A stretch of DNA of 64,000 nucleotides from Eledone cirrhosa. Lineage: Eukaryota. This document shows, piece after piece, positions 10,650 to 20,796 of this stretch (positions within the stretch are counted from its first letter, which is position 1; each line of letters begins with the position of its first letter). The stretch is from the NCBI GenBank assembly GCA_964016885.1, contig OZ024741.1:315146001-315210000 (forward strand). The letters are read 5' to 3'. A program made the position numbers and the translations under genes. Below the pieces are notes generated by a model. The model was given only the letters and a program-made list of their open reading frames with translations. It did not search any database and was not told the origin of the DNA.

Positions 10650-13600
10650 TATTTATGTTCGTCTACAGCGTGATGGTGCCACGCTAAAATCATCGGTGGT
10701 TATGTAACATACATTCACCAATCCTCGATATGAGTGTTTAAATGTCGAACCTAACCAGTTCGAATAACGGTAAAAAGAAGACTGGAACGTCATGTGAAAT
10801 ATTCTCACCCAGAAAGTGCTCCCTGGCCCAGCAGCAGGGACCTGGCTGTCATCCAAATACTGCTGGTGTTCGGGGAAGAAGAAGAAAGAAAGGGGCAAGA
10901 ACCAACTGGACGAAAGAATTAAATAGAACTGTCATGAAATGTTACCTGAAGAGTAACCCAATGGAAAAAGGCTATAGGAAAGGGATGCATAACATTTGGA
11001 ACGAGATTGGTCTATTTAAATTAGATGAACAAAAATTGACCGGGCAGGCTCGGGTAATAAGAACCCGGGGGATAAGCGAGATGGAACTGAGCAGAGAGAT
11101 TAAGTTGGAAATGGAGACTGGAGTATGTCAGGCAAACGAGCCAGTGGGAAATGAAGGTGAAGAGGTTGAGAGACCTGAGGAAGCATCCGAAGCAGACAAT
11201 GATCTGAATGCTGAAATAAATAACATCTGGAACAAAGATATGGCTATTGAGGAAATGAATGCTGACGGGCTAGGACAAGATTTGGTTGATATCCTGAACT
11301 TAATGGTAGATGAAATGAACAATGATAGTGAAAAACCTATTAACCTAAGATTTATAGACAGGAAAAAGTTAAAAGAAACAACAGCTAAGGTAAACAAAAT
11401 CATCCCATACCTTGAGGCGAGGAACCTTCACCAATGCAACAATATCCTCAAAGCAACAGCAAATGCGGTGGGGAAATTACTTGCATAAAAACGAGAGGAA
11501 ACAGAAAACAAGAAAGATCAGAACCTTGGTGGAAGAATCGACTGAATGGTCAAATCAAGGAAATGAGAAAAGACATTGGAAAGCTTGAGTCCTTACTGAA
11601 TGGGACATTACAAAATATAGACACTAAAGATAGATTGGAAATAAAGTACAAAACTAGAGGAGGGGGAGCTAAATATTATCATAGAGGAACTGAAGCAACG
11701 CATTGTAGCAAAAAGTGTAAAGATTAGGCGGTATGAGACTAGAGTCAGTCAGTATAGACAGAAACGCATGCTTGACAACAACCAGAAGATGTTGTTTGAA
11801 CATCTTGGAGAGAAAGAAAGACGCAACGACTTGATCCATGAGGCGGAACAAATTAAGACATTCTGGAGAGGAATATGGGAGCAGGATGTTGAACATAATA
11901 GTCAGGCAGTGTAGATTGAGACAGTTCAAAAGAAGATTAGTGAACAAGCACACCAACAACCTGATTTGAGTATCACAGTTGAAACTCTTAAAGGGCAGGC
12001 CAAAAAACTAACCAACTGGAAATAACCAGGCCTAGATGATGTACAAGGGTATTGGATTAAAAACATAACATCCCTCCACCCAAAACTGACAACCATGTTC
12101 AATGACTGCATGATGTCAGGTGAGGTACCAGAGTGGTTGACAAAAGGTACCACAGTTCTTGTAATGAAAGACCGAATCAAGGGTAATGATGTTACCAACT
12201 ATAGGCCTATCACATGTCTGTCCGTAATGTAGAAACTTTTAACAAGCATTGTGTCTAAGGAAATCTTCCATCACCTCCACATAAACAACTTGTTACCGAA
12301 CAAACAGAAAGGATGCCGAAAGAAGTCGCGTGGTACAAAAGATCAGTTACTTATTGATAAGATGGTAATGAGGAATTGCAAGAGGAGACACACTGGTCTT
12401 GCCATAGGATGGATAGATTACAAAAAGGTATTCGACATGGTACCTCATTCTTGGATAAGCAAAAGCCTAGAGATCTTCAAGGTGGCAGATAACATCAGAC
12501 AGTTGTTGAGCCAAAGTATGAAGTCCTGGGAAACAGAGTTAACATCAGCTGGAGAATCCTTGGGAGGCGTGAAGATCAAGAGAGGTATCTTCCAGGGAGA
12601 TAGTTGTCTCCTCTGCTGTTTGTCCTTGCCCTGATACCCCTGACCGTTATATTGCGAAAAGTGAGAGCAGGATACAAGTTGGGAAAGGGAGAGCTTACCA
12701 TCAACCACCTACTCTTCAAGAAGTTGGATATACTTGTTGACACTGTCCGTATTTTCAGCAATGATATATTTGGTATTAATAAGTGTGGGGTCCTAGTGAT
12801 GAAGAGGGGGTAAATTGAGCAGAAGCAACGGAATCCAGGTACCAACATAAAGGAAATTGACACTGAGGAAGGATACAAATATTTAGGTGTTCTGGGAGAC
12901 AGATGACACCAAGAACAACAAAAATGAAGGAATTGATAAGATCTGAGTACATAAGGTGAATAAGGAGCGTATTAAAATCACATCTAAATAGTAGGATTGT
13001 CATAAGTGCAGTGAATTCCCGAGCTGTGTCTATTATTAGGTACAGTGCGGGAATTCTGAAATGGAATGTTGCTGAACAAAAAGAAATGGATAGAAAGACT
13101 ATCTAAATGTTACAGAAGAGGAGTGATGTCGATAGACTCTACATAAAGAGATCTGAAGCCCTCAGAACGAAGTGTGTGAAACACCATATTGACAAGGAGG
13201 AGGCTAGCTCACTGTGTAGGATATGTGGAGAGAGCGGGGAGACTGTGGCTCACATTGTATCCGAGTGTAAACACCTAGCCCAGACTCACTATAAAGGCTG
13301 GAGACATGATGTGATAGGCAGGGTGATCCATTGGCATCTATGCAAAGTAAACAATTTACCACATCCTGAGTAGTGGTATGAGCATAAGCCAGAGTCGGTG
13401 ATAGAAAACGATCAGGTGAAGGTGCTATGGGATTTTAGGATACAGACGGACAAGAAATTAGAACACAATAGGCCTGACCTGGTGGTGTTGGACAAGGAAA
13501 AAAATCGAGCCTGATTGTAGATGAAGCCTGCCCATTTGACACGAGAGTGCAAGAAAAGGAGAGGGAAAAAATTAACCGATTTAAAGTGGGAGTTAAAAAG

Positions 13601-13860
13601 GATTTGGAAAAGCCATGAAATCAAGGTCGTCCCGATTGTCATAGGCGCACTAGTTACTATCTCAAAGAGGTTCCAAGGATGGTGAAAGATGATTAGTCCA
13701 TCCCCGCTTTTTTGAACACTACAAAAGGCATGCTTGCTGGGAACAGCAAGAACCCTCCGATATGTCCTGAATATCTGAGGCTGCAGGTAGCGGCTTGATA
13801 TTCATTTCAACAAACCTTCCAGTTAAATAACATCAATCAATGACTTAGACTCAAAGAACA
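10650..13860 (+). mobile_element. R4/Dong-like non-LTR retrotransposon with restriction-like endonuclease, decayed (5' boundary uncertain, could extend to ~10356)
   Basis: Single long broken ORF with RT motifs QKGCRKKSRGTKDQLLID, WIDYKKVFDMVPHSWI and RGIFQGDS/SPLLF. These are followed by CRICGESGETVAHIVSEC, RHD and NRPDLVVLD (CCHC plus PD nuclease). The short 3' UTR ends in (AAT)n. Confidence 0.88.
10742..13778 (+). pseudogene. RT-RLE polyprotein remnant
   Basis: Many stops and frameshifts. The catalytic xDD motif expected after INHLLF (~12717) is deleted. Confidence 0.85.
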
Positions 13861-13872
13861 ATAATAAAAATA

Positions 13873-13969
13873 ATAATAATTGTTTCTACTTTTGGAACAA
13901 GGCCAGCAATTACCTAGTGCATTACTGGTACTTTATTTTATCGACCCCGTAAGGATGAAAGGCAAAGTT
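13873..13969 (-). mobile_element. 5'-truncated SINE (3' ~90 bp)
   Basis: Matches the SINE tail and core up to ggcaaagtta, with (AAT)n on both sides. Confidence 0.88.
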
Positions 13970-14242
13970 ATAATAATAATAATAATGCTTTCTTTCTTTA
14001 TTAACCACAAGGGTTTACATAAAGTAGACATTAAGGACAGTACAGGACAATACAGGACGGTACAAATGGGCATTTCTGCGTGTAAAAAAACAAAAACAGT
14101 GGATGTAACACAAAAATAACAATGAAAACTTCCCCAATATGGGGGAGACTTCCGAGGGACATTTGTGGAGAAAGCCCATTAAAAGGCCACAGTGACCCTG
14201 ACCACCCGGGCAAGTGCCCTCTCCCAGTTTTCCACCTTTAAT

Positions 14243-17200
14243 TTACAGACACATACTCAGTGTAGGCCCATTCACTCGGGCCATACTTGCTTCTCTCACC
14301 CATCTTTCAACAAAATGCTGAGAAGAGAGCACTTCCCTCTCTACCCTGATTTTCCTTTTCAAATGAAATTTGAAAAAGTTAATCAGGGCATCACCGAAGA
14401 GGTAAGTGCTCGTCTTCAGCCCTTTCAAACGTGTCCACCATACTATCTCTTTCGCCATGGCCACCAGACAGATAAAAACTGCATGCCCTTCTCGGCTAAA
14501 GTAAGAGGGCGGGGCAATCCTCACGATGGACTCAGCTGATAGCTGGATACTTCCTACACGCGACAGCAGGTGTTCGACATAATCCCACAAGTCAGTAATG
14601 CTCGGACACTGGAGAGAGTGCGTGCAGGATGGTTTCGTCGTCCTGCGCGCATCTCGGACATGCCCGGTGACGGCACCTCCATGCCTGTACAGTTTATCCC
14701 GAACTGGCAAAGCTCCTCGGTAGCACTGCCAGGCCAGGGATTTCTGGAAGTTGTCCATAGGCTCCGGCCCGAAAGTTCTTCCGAAGAGATTGGCTAGTTG
14801 ATTTTCGTCGACGCCTAGAGTTTCTCCAAGTACGTCGTCGCCCTTCCCCTCCACTAATCCTCTATAGAACGCTAAGGTGGAGTTTCAACCGATCACATTA
14901 CCCGATTGGTCGAGGGCTGTGAGCGCCTGACGATATTCCAGTCTCCAAGCGCTCCCTCTCTGTCTTCGATTAACCCAGGACTGCAGCTCCGTCAAGGAGA
15001 CGAGCTAGGGAAAGACGCGTCTAGCAAACGGCAACCACACCAGATCACCGTCGAGAAAGAGGTGGAGATGTCGTAGCCTAAGCGCCTATATGCGCATCAT
15101 CAGCCACGGCATGCCTAGCCCTCCACGTAGCGGGTGTTGACAGCAGATGGACCGCCTGACCATCGGAGCGCATCCCTTCCACAAAAAGCGAAAGAACAAA
15201 CGCTCCAGCGCAGTCAGGCGGGGCTTAGGACAAGGTACGACGGTCAGGCGGTAGTAGATGACGGACGCGATGTACGCGTTAGCCACCTCCGCTCGACCTT
15301 TCAGGGATAGCTTCCTATCCGCCCATTTCTGGGTGAGAGAAGCCACCCTGCTCGTCACCTCGTCCCAGTTTTTGTCTGTCTGGAGGTCCGGACCGAACCA
15401 GACCCCTAGCAATTTAACCGGTCCGTCCGTCTAGCGCCCGACAACGCTGTTGGACGGCATGGACCTGCCTCTCCAGGTGCCGAGCTGCAGGCCCACTGAC
15501 TTTTCCTGGTTGATCATTGCTCCTGTCAACGCTTCGTATTCTCTTAGTGTAGTGCCGATCGCCTGTGTTTGGCGTTCGACACCACTACGGTGACATCGTC
15601 CGCATATGCTGACACAGATCTTCCGCATCCTAGTTCGCGCGGGACCCCCCTCAACGTCTCCAGTTTGTACAGTAATGGCTCGAGAGTCAATACGTACAAG
15701 AGGGACGAGAGGGGACATCCTTGGCGGACCGAGCGCATGATGTTGAACGGTTCCGAAAGGTGACCGTTCACTCTCTCCACAGAGCAGATTCGCTGTGCAA
15801 TGCAGCGATCCAGCCTCTGAAGACGAGCCCAGAGCCAGCCGCCCTCAGGACTGCTGCTAGGTAACGATGGTCGACCCTATCGAAAGATTTCGACTGATCT
15901 AAATTGATCAAGGACCCACCCGTGCCAGGTTCCCTAGCTACCCTCTCTACGATGTATCGCATGGGGTGGAGGTTGTCGTGGATGGATCTGTCGGGAATGG
16001 CACATGTCTGAGCCTCTCCCACCAGACCACCAACGACAAGCGCCAACCTCTTTGCTAGCACCTTGGCCAAAATCTTGAACACTGTGTTTAGCAGAGTTAT
16101 GGGACTGAAATTATCTATGTTATCTCCCTTGTTCAGATCCTTTCTCAGCAGCGCCACAGCTCCTCGGCTCACAGAGCTGGGAATTTTCCCGTTCTGTTGC
16201 CAGTTGCAGTAGCCATCCGCCAAGAGGCCTCCGAACAAGTCTGGCATCTGTACGTAAAGTTCATAGGGCAGAGCATCCAAACCAGGCGATTTACCCCTTG
16301 TGCAGCCAGTCATTGCATCCCGTACTTCAGCGGCTGTTATCGGCTTTTCGCAACACTCCGCCTCAGTGGCCGAGAGCCGCGGCAGTCCGTCGAGGTAGAC
16401 ACTAAAGTTCATCCCTCGATCCGGCCCGCCGCTGGCCCCGAACAACTGAGCGAAGTGTCGATGAAAAGCTTCACACATTTGCCCGAGATCGAGTAGCATG
16501 CGCCCGTCGTGGTCCACCAAAGACCGGATCGTGGCTTTGTTGCCACGACGCGCCTCCTCCACTCGGGCCCATTGAATGGCTTTCGTTCCCTCGTGTCTGA
16601 GAGCACGCACCCTAGCTCTGACAACGCAGCCTTCGTGCTTTGCATTGAAGAATTGGTCAAGGGCCAATTTCGCCGCAAGTACGTCGGTCGCGATGCCTTT
16701 GCTAAGCGCCTCGTCTAATTTTCTAACTAATTCTCCCTCTGCTCTATTTTTCTCTATTGCTAAAGAATTACTTAACCTAATGGACTCTATTCTAATTGCT
16801 CTTTTCAGAGCAAACCACCACTTGTTGTTGACGATGGACCCCGTCAACGCCTGCTTAACTAGTTCGCTAATCCGGTCTCTGTAGGCCTTGCGCGCTGGTA
16901 AGGACGCGTTTAGCTTCCAGTAGCCGGGTCCTCGTCTATTAAGCCTATGTAAGTCAAGCACACAGATCACGAATTTGTGGTCCGTGTAGCTGATTATCTT
17001 GAATTGTGGACAGCCTATGCTAGACCTATCTATTTCTCTACAAAATACTCTATCTAGATATGATCTGGATGACCCTATGCGATTTGTCCAAGTCCACATT
17101 GGCACATTCGGGAAATCCAATCGGTACCTGTCATACAGTTCAAAACGCCTGAGCAGGTTGGTGAGGCTCTTGCACCCTCCTCCCCTATCCGCTAATCCCA

Positions 17201-17657
17201 CACAGTCCCAGCGTACTTCTAAGATCCCGTTCCAGTCACCCACTAACACTAAAGAGCGGGACGTTCTAAGAAAGGTCTCCAGACGCCGCAAGAAATCAGG
17301 CCGCCCTGCTCCTGTCGGGGCATAGACGGCCACTAACGTCAAAGCTTGCCCGTCTCCGCTGGTCACGTCCAGCACCACCACCTTATTTTCTGGGTCCAGG
17401 AAGATGGCCCGTATGGCGATATCCAAACCTCTCCGAAAAAGCTCAGCAACTCCTCCCCCCGATCCAGGACGACTGGGAGATGCGTACACCTCGTAGCCGC
17501 CGAAGATCGGTGCCAAGGCCCGTGCTTGGGAGATTCTGGGCTCGCTGATGGCCACTACATCTATGTTTAGTGACCTGAGGTCGTTGAGCAGGTGGCCCTG
17601 CTTTCATGACGACCCCAAGCCATGCGCATTTATGCTGCCTATTCTGAGTGAGGTCAT
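14243..17657 (-). pseudogene. Tx1 ORF2 remnant, type A
   Basis: EN, RT (LDQSKSFDRVDH, RQGCPLSS, SAYADDVT) and C-terminal domain are all present, with a few frameshifts. Confidence 0.92.
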
Positions 17658-17703
17658 GTTGAAATGGCGTGGAAAAGATGGGAAAGACCACTTACCTTAC
17701 TTC

Positions 17704-19679
17704 TCAATCTTTTTCACTGCTTGTGGCCTCCTCCGGAAGGATGTCCTTATAAATCATCCTGGAGAGTGCTTGTCGGAAGTCTCCGATGTCCTTGGCGAAT
17801 TTTTGTTTTAGTGTCGTGTACGTTTTCTGTATGATGCGAGTGATTTGTATGTGTGGAGGTGGTGTGAACTTTTGGGCTGTTGTGTAGTCTTTTTCTGTGA
17901 TGCTGGTGTTGTGTTGGATGTAGTGTAATAATTGGTTGTTGTTCAAATCTAATGGTGTGTAGTGTGTATCGTTTTGGTTGTTTTGTTTTGTTTGCGTTTG
18001 TTGTGGGTTTGTTTCTGTTACGCTTTTTTGGTGACTTTTGTGGTGTTGGGGATGGTTATGGTGTTGGTGTTTGTGGTGATGGGGTTGGTGTTGCTGGTGT
18101 GGGTGGTGGCATAGCTGTCCTAACTTTTTTGTTTGATACTTTATTTGTTTCCCTCTGTATTTTGTTTTTGGAGGGGGAAGGAAGAGGATTTTTTCTTCTT
18201 TGGTTTCTTTTTCTTTTTTTCTTTTTTCCTGATACCGTTTCCCACTCCTCGTCGTCACAATCTGTCTCCAGTTGCGGTAGGTCGGGGAGTTGAAAAATCA
18301 TCATGGTTGTGGCGTGGTGGATGGTGTAGGCGCTGGTGCTTGTTCTGAAGCGTTGGGTGGTGGTGGTGTTGGTTTTGCTAGTGTTGCTGGGGTTGTTGCT
18401 GTTGCAGTTGCTTCTGTTGTTGCTGCTACATTTGTTGCTGCCATTTCTGCAGCTGGTGGCGTTGATGGTTGAGTCACTGTGGTGGGTAAGAGAGGTGGCC
18501 TCAACCTTTTAACCTGAGTGCAGAAAGCCCTTAGATGGGTTCCTTCACCACAAACGACACACCTAGGCCTTCTGCCTTCGACGATTACGGTGAGGTGGCT
18601 GCCGTCAGTGAGGTCTATTACCTCTGGGATCTCCCCAATGCTTTTTTGGTCCGCTTGGATCAGGAGCTCCATCCCAGATCCGGACCAATTCTCCTGCTTT
18701 TCTTTCGATTATCTTGGTGTTGGCCCCGATGCCGGCGAGGACGGCAGCCATTAGTCAGAGAATTTCGATGGCCGGTGGAACGTGGGTCACCCTGATCTTA
18801 ACGAGTCTCTGGCCACAATAGCTTGGGACGAATGTGAAGTCGTCACTTCTTAATGGGCCCATGGAGTGTTCTCTGGCCTCCTGTGGTGTTCCAAAGAACA
18901 CGTCCACGGTTCCATATTTCTGCCCACGTCTGATGTGGGGTTTTTTGGCCCACACATGTCCCAAAGCTTTTTGGATTTGGGACTCGGATGCCCGTTCCAC
19001 TCGGCGCGATTTTATGTTAATCGTCTGATAAGACACAGTGCATAGGCGCCGATGCTCCATTTTATTTGGTGGTGGTGGTGGGGAGGGGGGAGGCTGACCC
19101 TGTACCCATCTTTCTTTACCATTCTCTTAGCTTCATCTAATTCCTCCTGAGTTACCTTGATTGTTTCGCATTTCTTGGCTGCTTTGGCAAATGACAGGAT
19201 GTTATTCTCATTGTTGTTGTTACTGTTGTTGTTATTGTTATTTTTGTTATTGTTATTTTTAGTTTCAGTTTAACTTTGCCTTTCATCCTTACGGGGTCGA
19301 TAAATAAAGTACCCGTAATGTACTTGGTAATTGCTGGCCTTGTGCCTAAAGTAGAAACAGTTATTTTTAGTTTCAGTTGTGGTGGTGGTGGCGTCATTGG
19401 TGTTCGGTGTGGAAGAGTCCATTCTGGGTGAATCCATTTCGATGTCACGAGATAATTTATTTTTTCTTTTGTTTCTGTTGTCGCTGTGGTGGTGGTGGAG
19501 GTGGCGGCCTCAACACATGCAGTCATTGGTAATGGCGGGAAATGAATGTCTGCATGAGAAAAATTTTAAATATTGCTACTGCTTACATTTTTAGTGTTGG
19601 CAAACGTAGTAATATTTACAATGGTGGTGTCGGTGTGAGGTGTTAGTTTGTGAGGAAGGTGTGACTGTGAGTCGTCCAT
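17704..19679 (-). pseudogene. Tx1 ORF1 remnant, type Y, interrupted by a SINE fragment
   Basis: Fragments homologous to the other ORF1s (RVERASESQIQKALG, KYGTVDVFF, zinc knuckle, GDFRQALSRMIYKDIL). The start at 19679 is inferred. Confidence 0.8.
19271..19359 (+). mobile_element. 5'-truncated SINE with 19-bp target-site duplication
   Basis: gttatttttagtttcagtt at 19252-19270 and 19360-19378 flanks 89 bp of the SINE 3' half. Confidence 0.92.
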
Positions 19680-19893
19680 GATTTTTTTCAAAGAAATTTT
19701 TGTTTGATAATTATAAAAGTTTAAATTTTGGGCTCAAGGCCCCAATCTTTTTGAGTGTCCTTTTCAGAAAACAATGTATGTGCACGTATATACAGTTCAC
19801 AATAAAAATTCTCCATAAATGGCAATTTGAAACAACTGAAAACAACAAACCTTTGCGGAGCTCACGATAATACGATTTCCTACGTAGGTCGCC

Positions 19894-19957
19894 AATAATA
19901 ATAATAATAATAATAATAACAATAATAATAATAATTATTATTATTATTACTATTATA
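19894..19957. repeat. (AAT)n switching to (TTA)n microsatellite
   Basis: Direct reading; orientation flips at 19934/19935. Confidence 0.9.
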
Positions 19958-20538
19958 CTTTCTTTATTAACCACAAGGGTTTACACAAGGTTAAACATTA
20001 AGGATAATACTTGACGGTAAAATGGGCATTTCTGCGTGTAAAAAAAAAAAACAGAGGTTGTAACAAACAGAGAAACAATGAAACATTACCCAATAGGGGG
20101 GAGACTTCCGAGCGATATTCGTGGTGAAAGCCCATTAAAAAAGCCACGATGACTCTGACCCCAGAGCAAGTGCCCTCTCCCAGTTTTCCACCTTCAATTT
20201 ACAGGTGCAATTCACTCGGGCCATACTTGCCTCTCTCATCCATCTTTCAAAAAAGTGCTGAGAAGAGAGCACTCCCCTCTCTATCCTTATATTCCTTTTC
20301 AAATGAAATTTGAAAAAGTTAATCAGGGCATCACCGAACAGGTAAGTGCTCGCCTTCAGCCCTTTCAAACGCGTTCAGGACACTATCTCTTTCGCCATAG
20401 TCACCAGACAGATAAAAACTGCCTGCCTTCCAGGATAAAGGAAGAGGGCGGTGCAATCCTCACGATAGACTCAGCTGAGAGCCGGATCCGTCCTACACGC
20501 GAGAGGAGGTGTCCGACATAAACCCACAAGTCAGCAAT
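19958..20538 (-). mobile_element. Tx1 copy 4, 5'-truncated 3' fragment, type A
   Basis: The 3' UTR and ORF2 C-terminus match copy 3 (13987-14600). AATAAA at 19963-19968. Confidence 0.9.
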
Positions 20539-20796
20539 AAAAATAATAATGGTTTCTTTATTGGCAACAAGGGCTAACATGAAGAAAAACATTACAGACG
20601 GCACAGGACGATACAAAGTGGGTTTTGGCCGTGTAAAATGGTTATAACAGACAGAAACGTATAAAATAAATTAAATTTCAAACAACAAAAATTCCCCAAT
20701 AAGGGGGAAACTTCTCGTGGCGAAAATCACACGAAAGACAACGGCCTCCCTGACCACCAGGGCAAGCGCCCTCTCTCAATTTTTCCATTTCTCAAA

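Larger units (their letters stand above)
13987..19893 (-). mobile_element. Tx1 copy 3, apparently full length (~5.9 kb) and the most complete copy
   Basis: AATAAA at 13997-14002, a 595-aa EN-RT fragment (15768-17555) and ORF1 knuckle CVVCGEGTHLRAFC. It is flanked by (AAT)n at both ends. Confidence 0.93.

Noticed and set aside
19152-19526. SINE exapted in frame into ORF1 (124-aa ORF reading through it)
   Set aside because: That ORF is not the ORF1 frame. The homologous frame (NNILSFAKAAKKCETI) meets a TAA at the end of the SINE.
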